53,735 nt of DNA from Octopus bimaculoides. Taxonomy: Eukaryota. The notes below the pieces were generated by a model that ran no database searches, was not told the DNA's origin, and saw only the letters and a list, made by a program, of their open reading frames with translations. Made by a program: the position numbers and the translations under genes. Position 1 is the stretch's first letter. Each line of letters begins with the position of its first letter. Below, in pieces: positions 27,591-39,158 of this stretch. The DNA lies in NCBI RefSeq assembly GCF_001194135.2, contig NC_068990.1, forward strand, positions 81,979,721 through 82,033,455. Direction: 5' to 3'.

Positions 27591-28404
27591 GTAATAATTC
27601 TGACATATATTTCCTTCTCATCTTGTCCTCTGTCTTCTTTGAAGTAGACATGGTTTGTCTATAAAAATCATTTCAGAAGTCTGTTTTCAGAGTCTTTCAA
27701 TTTGGAACCATAGTTATCTTCCAGAAATCTCTGACCTGGTAATGATAGAGTATGGCGATTTATTACCAGTTTGAGATTAACTCTTTAGGCAGAGAAGTAA
27801 ACTATTTTGAGGTGTGTACAGAATGACAAATCATCCTACATGCGCTCATTGTATGTCCTAGCATTACTGATTTGGACTGTTGGTTCTATTGATGTATCCA
27901 GCTTATCGACTAATTCCATTGAGATGACTATCTCACTGCCGACCTTTGACCTGTGGGAACAAGCAGTTTCCCTCAGTCTGGTGGCTATAATTAAGGAGGT
28001 TGCATGGTAAACAAGATTGGAAAGAATGAAAACAGTCACTTTTCTCTCCAGTCAACCCTACATCAGCTTCAAGTTTTGTTATTTGTTCTTTTAATATTTC
28101 CTCATCCAGCCCCATTTACAGTTGTCAAAGAAATTAGTGACATAGATGTTAAACTGCTAGACAAAAATGCCTTGCAGTATTTGTTCAAGTTCTTTGCATT
28201 ATGAATTCAAATCCCTTGGGGTCAATTTTGTGTTTCATCTTTCCAAGACCTAGTTATAATTGACTGTTCCCTACTCTTAAAATTTCTGACCTTGTGCCTA
28301 TGTAAGAAATAATTATTATCAAATATCACTCTTAGATCTCTTTCCCTTTCATTCTTCTGAGATCAATAAAGTATATACCTGTTAAGTACTGAAGTTGATT
28401 TAAT

Positions 28405-28545
28405 CAGATATAATAATAATAATATTGATGATAAATTTTTCTAGTATATGCACAAGGCTTGAATTTGGAGTAGGGGGCTGATTGATAACATTAATCCCGG
28501 TACTCACTTTATCAACACCAAAAGGATGAAAGGCAAAGTAGATCT
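28405..28545 (-). mobile_element. SINE family A, 3' fragment, antisense
   Basis: AAAAGGATGAAAGGCAAAGT is the reverse complement of the family core; (AAT)n tail at the low-coordinate end. Confidence 0.7.
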
Positions 28546-28980
28546 TGGTAACAAAATGGCTTACAGTATTTGGTTGTAGCTCTATATGTTCAGAGTTACA
28601 GTTGACAGAATTATTATTAGTATATTATTATTTGTTCTTTTCAATCCAAGTATTGTTGGAACTCCTGGAGTCTTGCATATGTAGCAGGCTTGCTACCTGC
28701 ATCCTACAGTACCATGGTATTTGTTCTTCTCTGCTATCTAATACTTCACTTATTAATTCTAGGCAAGCCAAGGAGGCAATCCTTTTGTAACACCTCTACA
28801 GAGCTCTCTATTCTGATTTCCTTTATATTCCTCTTGATGGCTTCTGAGCACTGTCTCCAAGGACCCAACTATAATTGGCATTAACTTCACCTTCTTCATT
28901 TTTTACGGCCAGGCTGTTTGTACTTAAAAGGATTGTATAAGGCTATTTTCTCACCTTTCTTCTTGACTATTTGTGGGTCA

Positions 28981-29390
28981 GAATCATTAGCACGCTCGGT
29001 GAAATGCTTGGCAGCATTTCATCTGTCTGCACATTCTGAGTTCAAATTCCACCAAGGTCGACTTTGCCTTTCATCCTTTCAGGGTCAATAGATTAAGTAC
29101 CAGTGAAACACTGGGGTCAATGTAATTGACTATTCTCCTTCTCCAAAATTTCAGGCCATGTGGCTTTAGTAGAAAGGATTATTATTCTTCAAAATGCTCA
29201 ATGGCATTTCGTCTGTGTTTACAGTCCGAGTTCAAATTCCACAGATGTCAACTTCAGCTTTAATCCTTTTTGTGGTTGATAAAATAAGTTCCAGTTGAGC
29301 ACTGGAGTCAATGTAATCAACTAACCCCTTCTCCCTAACTTGAAGGCCTTGTGTCAAAATTTGAAGCCATTATTATTATTTATTAAGTAA
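28981..29390 (+). mobile_element. Two tandem SINE family A copies (about 28981-29186 and 29191-29390)
   Basis: Each has GAGTTCAAATTCCAC, the core segment, CACTGG.GTCAATGTAAT and a (TTA)n end. Confidence 0.82.
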
Positions 29391-29422
29391 ATGATCTTAA
29401 TATATCTCTTCCTTTATTACAG

Positions 29423-29716
29423 CCCCTGCTGGCGCTCCTCAAAACTTTACTGTTATTCCAGTGAGTGAGACTACTGTCCTCTTAACTTGGGACCAACCTG
29501 CTAAGAATTTACGTAACGGAGAAATTAAAATGTATCAAATCAACTTTCATAAACAATCTGACTCAATAAATGTGGAAGATTTGAATGTAACTGACACCTC
29601 GCTTGACATATCTGGTTTAGATATGAACACTGACTATATCTTCCTAATCAGGGGCTACACCAGCAAAGGACCAGGACCTTGGAGTAATAAACAAATTGCT
29701 CACACGTTTGGACACA
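29423..29716 (+). CDS. Lar: Lar exon 6, FN3 no. 7: APAGAPQNFTV...GYTSKGPGPWSNKQIAHTFGH
   Basis: tttattacag acceptor, A|GTAAGT donor, 294 nt, phase 1-1. Confidence 0.95.
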
Positions 29717-29770
29717 GTAAGTAGTTTTAAAAGATTTATTTTGTAATTTGTACTCTTTTCTTTCTAAGTA

Positions 29771-30057
29771 CAGGGTGTCCACAAAGTCTGGGTACATGGG
29801 GATTAACACATACTTTAAGAAATTATCATTTTTTATATTTAATTGTTTATGTTATGATTTTATTTATTCCATGTACCCACATGGGGATTAACACATACTT
29901 TAAGAAATTATCATTTCTTATATTTAATTGTTTATGTTATGATTTTATTTACTCCATGGCGATTAACACATACTTTAAGAAATTATTATTTCTTATATTT
30001 AATTGTTTATGCCATGATTTTATTTATTCCATGTACCTAGACTTTGTGGACACCCTG
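29771..30057. mobile_element. Tc1/mariner-type MITE, 29-bp TIRs, TA TSD, three internal tandem units
   Basis: TA|CAGGGTGTCCACAAAGTCTGGGTACATGG...CCATGTACCTAGACTTTGTGGACACCCTG|TA; units start at 29795, 29880 and 29955. Confidence 0.92.
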
Positions 30058-30682
30058 TATAATCTTGTGAGTGAAATTCGGTAAACAAAATTATGTATGA
30101 ACTCTTTAAAGCAAATTATACTCATTATTCAGTAGACCAGCTTTTTCCTAACAATACTGTATTGAACAGACTAAAGATTACATTAGTACTCAGCCACTCA
30201 TACTATAACACAATGAACTGAGAGTTTCATTGATCAACTGATTGGAACAACCATTGTCAAAATTGAAATCATCATATGAGATCATCTGAAAATCTAGAAA
30301 ATTATGTGTTTTCACTAATCATCATCATCAGCAGCACCATCAATCTTTTAAAATCTATTTTGATGGTAGCAGGGGTTAGAAATTAGATAAGAAAAAAAAA
30401 AAAAGAGAGAGAGAGAGAGAGAGAAATGAACTTGTCATGATTCAAACTTGTTATAATCTGATGTGTAGCCAGATACAATATCATCTATAGAATTACAAGT
30501 TCTATTGTGTCAGTCCGGACCAGATAAGTTTTACCTTTCAAACTTCAAAACCTGGGAATTTTATTGAATTCTCCTTGCCTGGAATTTTATTAGATTTTAT
30601 TTTTAGAATCACAATTAATTAATGTATTATTAATTTAAGTACTTGTTAAAATTTATTTGTTTAAGGACTGTGAGGTAATTTA

Positions 30683-31135
30683 CGAAGTGGTATCAAAAGG
30701 TTCCTGGATGAGATACGTTTAATAAAAGAAATAACTCACTTACCTAAGTTTTAACATCATCTCCTTCAAAATACTTACATTATGCAGTAATACACTAGTC
30801 CCAGCATTCCTGTCACTTTTGGAATCTGGCCTGGGAGTTGTATTCCATAAGCAAATCAAGGACCTGTGATTCACTCTGCATCTCAACAATGGTGTTAAAA
30901 CAGCAACCTTTGAGCTGCATTTTTATTTTGGGGAAGAGATGGAAGAACATAGGTGCTAAATCTGGTGAATAGGGTGGGTGCATAAGTGATACCATATTAT
31001 CTTTGGCAAGACACTCACAAGTGAGGAGAGGCCAGTGACAGGGTGCATTGTTGTCATGAAGAATCCAGTTCTTCACTCTCCACAGATCTGATCATTTTCA
31101 CAGAACATCCTCCCTCAAATGCTTCAAAATGTTGT
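30683..31135 (-). mobile_element. Mariner transposase C-terminal remnant with probable right TIR
   Basis: ILKHLRE...NWILHDNNAPCH...HPPYSPDLAPMFFHLFPKIK (third catalytic Asp lost); TA|CGAAGTGGTATCAAAAGGTTCC TIR-like end at 30681-30704. Confidence 0.88.
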
Positions 31136-31189
31136 TGGTTGTCCTCCAATGATCCTCATGCATAAACCGATGAATATATTGACACAAAC

Positions 31190-31340
31190 ATTCTTCTTTG
31201 ACTAAGATGTTTCCTTCTCAGCTATGGGAATTTGGTTTCAGTCCCACTGTGTAGCACTTGGGTAAATGACTTCTTGTGACCAATATTTTGTGAATGAAAT
31301 TTGACAGATGAGAGCTGTACAAAAGTTCATCATGTGCTTG
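31190..31340 (+). mobile_element. SINE family C head, degenerate
   Basis: GGTTTCAGTCCCACTGTGTAGCACTTGGGTAA...TTGTGAATGAAATTTGACAGATG. Confidence 0.6.
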
Positions 31341-31586
31341 TGTGTGTATATATCTTATTCGAATATATTTGAATAAAAATACCATCTTTTATTTGATCCC
31401 CTCGAGTTGCACAGATGATCCATTGTCACTGTTGTCATCAAAAATGCAAATAACTACTGGATGACTTATCAGAAACGGTAACCAATAACACTTTTGTCCC
31501 ACACAATGTGCTATAAATTATGTACATTTTTGTTGCTTTATTTTTATTTTCTAATTATAATTTACTTTTTATTCTTATCTTTCTAG

Positions 31587-31874
31587 TGCCCCCAACTCCT
31601 GAAAATGTTAAAATTAGGAGGACATCACCTACTACTGTTGATGTAATGTGGGATGAACCTGCTTTTCCTGTTGCCGGATATAAAGTATACTATAATATGT
31701 TTGCCCTTCCCAACATGGACCTTTGGCAAAACATTGATGTTGGCCCCTATACTGTGGCTGAAATTACAGGACTTGATCCACAAACTATATATGTGGTTAG
31801 AGTCCAGGCCATTTCAACTGGCGGGAGAGCTGGAAATTTTTCCGCTCCAGTGTATACAAACATGATTCCAAAAG
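31587..31874 (+). CDS. Lar: Lar exon 7, additional FN3 repeat: MPPTPENVKIRRTSPTTVDVMWDEP...VYTNMIPK
   Basis: atctttctag acceptor, G|GTAACT donor, 288 nt, phase 1-1, complete FN3 pattern (W, YKVYY, GLDPQTIYVVRV). Confidence 0.93.
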
Positions 31875-31939
31875 GTAACTTAAATTCTTTCTTGTTAATT
31901 GTATGCTAGATTTAAATCATTATTATTGTTGATGCTTAG

Positions 31940-32300
31940 TAGGGTGGAGGATTGGCTGAATTAGCAAATCATTGGATAAAATACCTTGTAGTTGTCATCA
32001 TCATCATCATCGTCATTTAACGTCTGTTATCCATGCTGGCATGGATTGGACGATTTGGCCAGGGCTGGTAAGATGAGGGGCTGCACCAGAATCCAGTCTG
32101 ATTTGGCATGGTTTCTATGGTTGGATGCCCTTCCAAACGCAGTATTTGTTCTATTGCTTTATGTTCTGAGTTCAGATCCCAACTTTGAGTTTCATCCCTT
32201 CAGAGTTAATAGAAAGAAATATAAATAAAAAAATTTGGTTGATGTAATCAACTAAGCCCCTCTCCTCAAAATTGCTAGCCTTGTGCCTAAATTAGAAACA
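31940..32300 (+). mobile_element. SINE family A copy interrupted by an antisense family B 3' fragment (about 31993-32140)
   Basis: Head at 31940-31992; remainder (ATGTTCTGAGTTCAGAT...GATGTAATCAACT) resumes at 32141. Confidence 0.7.
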
Positions 32301-33029
32301 GCTAGACATTTTTTTATATACCATCCTTACAACTCGTAATCCCTGCCCTCCTGTGGGCAATTTCGCACCCTCCACGTGTTGAACGTTATCTCTTTTTAGA
32401 ATCAATGCTCCTTGCATTTTTCAGCCCAAATTCCATTCTGTCGTTCTGACTAAAGCAAAGCACTTTTTGAATCAGTTAATTCAGCTGGTTTTTCATCTTT
32501 GCCATCAAGCTTCAGGTCATTCATAAAAAGACGAGTGACCTTACCTTTCCTTTCCTTGAACTCCTATCCAACTTTATAATTATTACGACAGAGTTTATTT
32601 ATGTCACTTCATAAGGACTAATAGTAAAATAAAGATCTATTAAATGGACTAATGTCAATGTTCCCTGAAAATATATATATATTGTGTGTGTGTGTGTATG
32701 TACTCTTATGTGTGTTTATGCACACACACACACATGCACACATGGAATGGTGCATATGTAAACATAGAACCATGAGAATGGTGTTCTGGCTTGGTTTCTA
32801 CCTCCAAGGTTTAGACAAAAATAATGGTTAGCTTTTTTAAGTATACTAAATTTTATAGCTTGTCTTTCAATATCATTACTTTGTAGCTACTTCTCCCCTT
32901 ATAAAGTTTTCATCCTCTTTATATTCCTAGTAAGGCTTTACATTTGGTGTGTGTGTTGTGCTGTGATAATTATAATTTCATAATGCATTATTTTTATTTA
33001 TTTCATATATTTATTTATTCATTTCATAG

Positions 33030-33133
33030 ATCGTCCAGATGCTGTTCAGAATTTTAGAGTAGCTCTCAAATCTTCTCGAATTATTCAATTAGCGTGGGAT
33101 CATCCTGAGAAACAAGTTGTCAACTCATATACG
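33030..33133 (+). CDS. Lar: Lar exon 8, last FN3 N-terminal part: DRPDAVQNFRVALKSSRIIQLAWDHPEKQVVNSYT (absent from ORF track)
   Basis: atttcatag acceptor, G|GTAAGT donor, 104 nt, phase 1-0; NFRV...L.W matches the last LAR FN repeat. Confidence 0.92.
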
Positions 33134-34368
33134 GTAAGTGCTTATATGGTATATTTATATGGGTTTTTTTTTTTTTTATGGCTGGATGCCCTTCCTAATG
33201 CCAACCACTTTACAATCTGTGCTGGGTGCTATTTTTGTTCCACCACCATAAGTGGGATTACCAAGTATGTAGTAAGACAGGAAATGTCAAGAAAAGAGGA
33301 AGATTGGGAGGGGGAGGCCCTCTTGATTAAGTGATGGGGGTGGAGGTATTTGAGAGGCTAGAGAATTGATTTTCATACCAGAGACAAATAGAGGTGTTTT
33401 GCTATTGTGAAGATATATGGACTTTGTTTTTTTTTAACTAAACGTAGAGCAGTCACATAGGGGACATTTTTATACCTTTTGCTTGTTGACATATAAGCTT
33501 AACTGATTTTATTTATGAACATGTTGTCAAGTTAGGCCTTGATACCATTGTTAGCTATTTATTCACAGTCAAGTGTCAGTTTGAATATTCATGTTTAGGT
33601 ATAGAAGTTTGTTGTGGGAATGTAGCATGTGCTGACCATTTTGATTGGTTGAATGGTAGAAAGCAAATTTGTAATTGTCTTCTTGACATAACCACAAATT
33701 TATTCATGTTTCCATCAAACATTAGGAAATAACATTTTGAGACTTGTCAAGCAAAAGAGGACAGTTCATTGTTGAAATTTATGATTTCAGTTGTCTAACC
33801 CAAATTGGTTGGGTGGTATCTTAAGGGACTGTGGTGGGAAGGGTTGCCTTTAATTGTTGTAATGATCTTTCGAGAGAGATTTTTCTCTCTACTCTTAGAG
33901 ATGTTTAATGCATAAAGCCTCCTCATCCAGCAAAATGTCTGCCTCTTGATTATCCACATACAAAGCAAGGCAGGTGGTCCATTATAATTTCTTGTTAATA
34001 TCTGTGGTCACTATGTGTATAGACATGAGCAATAATACAATTCAGTTGATCTCACTGAGTTTTCCCTGACCAACATTGTGTCAGTGATGCCTTTGTTCTG
34101 GTAGTTGTTCGGTGCTTTAGAATTGCCAGAATACAGCCTGTGTTTAGTACAGGATAGTTTGTTTCCATATTAACAACTAGTGTCTGTGTCTAAAGTCTGC
34201 CCCCTTATCTGTCACCTGGGGACTCACTGGGTAGTTCTCTTCCAATTTTTATATTGTGCTTTGTTTACACTAAATGTTCATATATATTACGTATTTTGTA
34301 TTATATAGTTTTTATCATGTATAACCAACCATATTACATTGTATTATTTTTTTCCGTTTCTTCAAAAG

Positions 34369-34582
34369 CTAACCTTTGAGGGATCAAAATCATATTGGGA
34401 AAAGGGTACACTAAAAACCATCTATTCTCCACTTGTTTCTCGACAAATTGGAGGTCAAGAATCTTCATGGCAAGTTGAAAATCTGCAACCAAAAATGAAA
34501 TACAATTTCAATATCAGTGCACTTTTCCGTGACGGAACTACAGGACCAGATCAATATTTAACCACTGAAACTCTCATTGAAC
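34369..34582 (+). CDS. Lar: Lar exon 9, last FN3 C-terminal part: LTFEGSKSYW...ENLQPKMKYNFNISA...TETLIE
   Basis: Weak AAG acceptor (ttcttcaaaag), C|GTAAGT donor, 214 nt, phase 0-1; frame fits both neighbours. Confidence 0.88.
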
Positions 34583-34804
34583 GTAAGTCACCACTCCGAT
34601 TATACTTGATGATGTCTTTATATCTTTGGATTTGTTCATGCACATTTTAAAGTTTGTTGTTTCTATTAAATACAAAATACAAAATAGAAAATAAGATACT
34701 AGATACAAATACACTAAACATTCCAATTATAAATACGGATTCGAACAGAATAAGTTGAGTGGATTCAAAAGTTAAGATAAGCAAATTAGACTACTACTAA
34801 CAGT

Positions 34805-34925
34805 AGGATGAAAGGCAAAGTTGACCTCAGCAGAATTTGAACTCTGAACATAGACATGACGAAATGCTACTAAGTATTCTGCCAGTTTGCTGCTAATAAC
34901 AATAATAATAATAATAATAATAATA
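34805..34925 (-). mobile_element. SINE family A head fragment, antisense, next to (AAT)n
   Basis: GGATGAAAGGCAAAGTTGACCTCAGCAGAATTTGAACTC is the reverse complement of the B-box and core. Confidence 0.78.
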
Positions 34926-35000
34926 AAATTAATTCAAAACTGTATTAATTGTGAATTATTTCATTGTATTAAATTTAATTTCTAAAATCATTTTTTTCAG

Positions 35001-35167
35001 CACCATCTTATGTTGATGTTCCTGTCATAAAATCATATGGCTCAGGCACAGTTGAACTGGGCCTGTATCGGGCCAGTGAAAAACATGGACCATTAAGCCA
35101 TTACCTTTTAATTGTTGTGCCTGAGCAGTATCCTGAAAAGGCTCCTGAAGATTTTGAAGTTGAAGAC
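35001..35167 (+). CDS. Lar: Lar exon 10, membrane-proximal region: PPSYVDVPVIK...HYLLIVVP...PEDFEVED (absent from ORF track)
   Basis: tttttttcag acceptor, C|GTATGT donor, 167 nt, phase 1-0; YxIVVP...PE matches the LAR membrane-proximal domain. Confidence 0.92.
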
Positions 35168-36806
35168 GTATGTTTTTTTTTTTTTTTTTTCTAAGATTAT
35201 CATTGTGCTATTTATTTTTAGGCTATAAATTCTGCTGAAACCATTTTCGCCATTGTCAATGTTGGTATTATTTTCATGTCTGTTTTTTGATGATATACAT
35301 GGATTTCATTAGCAGCAGTAGGGCATATTACCAGTCCCTGTAGGCCTCTCTCCCAAAGAGAGAGAGAGGGATACTTCTTCACTTCCTCCCATACCTTGAT
35401 ACCCCTTTCCGACTCCTTCTACTGTTATCTCGTGGTATCTTATCTCCCAGTTAGTCTCAGTCATCACATTAAATGGCCTTGACCCGTGCAGCTTATTTTT
35501 CTCAGCAAAACTGCTTTCTCACCTCACTTGGCTCCAAACTCTCCAAGAAAGTTTATTTTTATTAAATACTACTATTTGTGGACCAATCACAGATTCACTG
35601 CACTTATGGTGAGTGTATCGAGGGAGTATTTCTAACTCAGAACAAATGCCCCTAAGGATTCTGTTATCAGATGTACAATTTAACATTTTGGAGGGTGAAA
35701 ATACCACATTTTTGGCACCATCACAAAGAATTTTTGTTTTCTCTGAAGAATGGCGTACCCAACACATTAACATTCATAGCTCTACCATGTCATACAAACT
35801 TGTCCATATTTGCTAGTTTTTATTTACTGTGAATAGACATTCTTTTCTAGTACATAGATAGACATACTATACTAAATATATAGTATAGTATGTAGATGTG
35901 ATCTTCGGAATTGTATAAGTATTACTTACTAATAAGGAGATGGAGTAGACAACAATTAGATGTGATAATCCATTAAAAATCTGTAACATCGGTTGTATTA
36001 TTGCATTATCTCTCTTCCCTATCTACAGGTGTGACATAGCAAAAAGAAAAATTTTGAAGTTTGTTAGTGATAACTTAAAGAGGACATTTTTATTAAGAAT
36101 TCAAGTACTGGCAAGTTTGATTAAGTTTCAATGACATAACAAGATGCATAATTTTCATCACACACTCTGGTGTTATCTTTAAGTAATTCTCCTTTCCTCA
36201 CTCCATACAAAAATGCAAACTTGGTTCCAGCACTTAAAAAAAAAAAAGTGTTAAAATGATTTTTTTCCTTTCCAAAAGTATTCAAAATAGAAGCAATTTA
36301 TTTGTTTTTTTAATAACATGAATTACAAAATTGATCGTGGTCAGCTAAGCCATTTGACAATGCTACACTGCTGTATCTTCCTGGTTTTTGGCATAGAGAA
36401 GAATGTTCAAGAATAACTGTTTTAAACAACAAAGCCAGAGGGAAACTGTCAGATATATTGCCGATATTTGATGACACGACAGTACTAATAATAACTCTGT
36501 GTGTATGTGTGTGAATTTTACTTGCTGGATCTGGTAAAAGAGACAGTGCCCCATGATGTTTGTAGGTCCTCTCTCGTAGACTAGGGATTTTGATGCTATC
36601 AATGCTCTTCTTGACCCTTCGCAAGTCTACACTAGACAGAAGGAGTTCCAGAGAATTGACATTCCGGGAAGAATAGTCCTGGCATAGTGATTGATGTAGG
36701 GGCTCGGTAGACTTGTGCACAACAAAGGAGGTGAGAAAGAGGAACGAAGACATTGATAATATTAGCAGCAACAGCTATTGTATTTAAATTTTGTTTATGT
36801 TTCCAG

Positions 36807-36992
36807 CTTGAAGACGATGAGCCTGTTGATTTGCCATCATTAAAGCCCTACATTGCTGCAAGATTTGAAGCCAACTCCTTACCAGATGTACTGAAACTCG
36901 GTAACGGACAGATGTATGACTCCCATACCAACAGACCGTTAGATCCTGACCACACCTATAGAGTGTTTCTCAGAGCCTATTCTGTCGATCCG
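36807..36992 (+). CDS. Lar: Lar exon 11: LEDDEPVDLPSLKPYIAARF...NRPLDPDHTYRVFLRAYSVDP
   Basis: tgtttccag acceptor, G|GTAAGT donor, 186 nt, phase 0-0; LKPYIAA and NRPL match LAR. Confidence 0.94.
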
Positions 36993-38215
36993 GTAAGTTA
37001 CCTTCCAGTTTGCTGTTTCCTTTATTAACACAATTATTTTGAAATGAAAAACAAGAAATACTATCACTTTCACTACTACTACCAATACTGCTGATCAACA
37101 AGACCATATTCACTAAAAATTTCAATAGTGATTAGTGTAAATGGCAATATTCTTTCTTTCAGTTCATTGTGCTGATGCTCCTTGGCAGAAGTGGTGTTGA
37201 TGTAGCTAGCAACTATTATGTAAATGTATGAATGTAGCTAATATATAACTACAGATATGTGGATGTTGTTAGCTAGAAGTGTATGAATGTGTTGATGAGG
37301 TCTGCTACTAATGGATTATTGTGGCTAGCTACTAGTGGAAGGAAGATATTGTTTCACACAATATTTTCCTTTAGTAAATGGTAGAAATATTGTACTTGAT
37401 AGAACAAAAATACCTTTTGGTATTTCATTATGTGTCTTTGTTCTGAATTCAAATCCTACTTTTATCCTTCTACTTTGGATAAAATAAACTAGGCAAATTT
37501 TGGAGTTGGAGCTAATCAACCATGCCCACTCCCCAAATTGTGGCTTTCTGCCTTTGTAAGAAATCAATATTGTTCCATTAAAGCATAACATATTGGCTTT
37601 GAACAAGTCTGACAGTTTGGTTAGGTTCGTTTGTTGTCAACACCTTCTGTGCAGAGTGGTTGCTGTACTTTGTCTGAGGATGTACTGACATGTACTGAGG
37701 CTGTAATATCTACAAACATTCCTGGATGACGAATAGGTGTGGTTGCTCTTTGTTGAGCATGTTTTCCCACAACTATCTCTTTGACAGAATTGCAGTCATG
37801 GATCCAATCAAAACTCAAAAGTGGTTGCCTGGTGTCGCGAATGTTGCCAGACCGTCACAGCTCTCCACCAGTCTGTAACCACTGCACCTAGGACTTCCTC
37901 TCCAGCTTCTTATACTTGATCCATTCTATAAAAAACATCTATAAAAATAAGCATTTATTAATTTACAATTTAGTTTAACTGTAAAAGCTTGTAAGATGGA
38001 GGCCAACATTCCCTGATGAGTCTTTGATGAAAAGTGAAACCAGTCAAATTGATTTTCATTCCTGACAGTTCTGCATTTAACTATTATTAGTCTAAATATA
38101 TATTTATTAAATCTATTAATTCATTCTGTAATGGTTCTCAAGTAATACAGTTAATTTATATTTCTCCTGAGTATTTTTGACTAAAGTTCTTTCTTTTTTT
38201 CTTTTTTTTTTTCAG

Positions 38216-38409
38216 AAACTTTACACTTCGAGTGAATATTCAGCACCATTTCGAATAAAGATTGATGGAAACTCAGGACCTGGAACAGATCTACCTAATC
38301 CAAGACCGACTATGGATGATGCACGCAATCTTTTACTTATTGTTGCACCTGTTTGTGGTGCAGTTGGTTTGCTTATCATTGTCTGCATTTTAGTTGTTAT
38401 CTACTTCAA
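38216..38409 (+). CDS. Lar: Lar exon 12 with transmembrane helix LLLIVAPVCGAVGLLIIVCILVVIYF (about 38330-38407)
   Basis: Long T tract plus cag acceptor, AA|GTAAGT donor, 194 nt, phase 0-2; the hydrophobic run is followed by KRK across the junction. Confidence 0.95.
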
Positions 38410-38435
38410 GTAAGTTAATAAATTAACTTTACTGT

Positions 38436-38458
38436 TGTGTGTGTGTGTGTGTGTGTGT
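38436..38458. repeat. (TG)n microsatellite 26 nt after the TM-exon donor
   Basis: Direct reading. Confidence 0.95.
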
Positions 38459-38952
38459 CGGTCAGGAGTAGTGATATGCTCCATACTTGATTTATGATGC
38501 CACAGTCATATATTGTCGGACATTCTTCAAGTCATATCTTAATGCGTTACCCTGTACATCATACACTTTTGTTAGTGACATCCGATGTCAGATATTTTAA
38601 TCTGTAAAACTCTCATGCTCCAATCCTTCTGCTCACTTCATTACTTAATCTGTGCCATATCTTAACTTGTATCAAACCAATGTACATACTTTATGTTGTG
38701 ACAACTTCAAGTGTGTCTGTTCTAAGCTTATTTGTGAGTTGGTACTATAAATCAGACAATTCTGCAACAGTCCCAAAGTTCTGTTTGCAATCAGTACCTC
38801 ACGATACTAGTACTTCATGATACTGGTACACCTTCAGTTGTAGTGTAGCTGACTAATGCAGTTGTACTAAACTGTTTGTTACATGTTATATCATTTAGCT
38901 GTCGCTCACAAATATCACTTAGCAGGTTGTACAAGTTGTACTATGCTTCTGA

Positions 38953-39068
38953 TAGGGCAGCGGACTCGCGGTCATTGAATCGCGGTTTCGATTCTCAGAC
39001 CAGGCATTGTGAGTGTTTATTGAACGAAAACACCTAAAGCTCCACGAGGCTCCGGCAGGGGATGGAGG
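38953..39068 (+). mobile_element. SINE family S, 5' fragment
   Basis: TAGGGCAGCGGACTCGCGGTCA...GGCTCCGGCAGGGGATGG matches the head of the 47229 copy. Confidence 0.88.
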
Positions 39069-39103
39069 TGCTTTTTATTGTGGCACCAACGCATGTGTGT
39101 GCA

Positions 39104-39113
39104 TACACACACT

Positions 39114-39154
<41 letters not shown>

Positions 39155-39158
39155 TTAT
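39104..39158. repeat. (CA)n/(TA)n compound microsatellite
   Basis: Direct reading. Confidence 0.9.

Noticed and set aside
29795-30040. Regularly spaced repeats here and at 40851-40918 resembling a CRISPR array
   Set aside because: No unique spacers, no cas genes, eukaryotic intron, and explained by a MITE interior and a tandem duplication
35451-35614. Strong cryptic donor ATG|GTGAGT at 35609 with several upstream acceptors
   Set aside because: Candidate exons of 158, 154, 148, 103 and 16 nt are none multiples of 3 and show no LAR similarity; only a poison exon is possible and nothing else supports it
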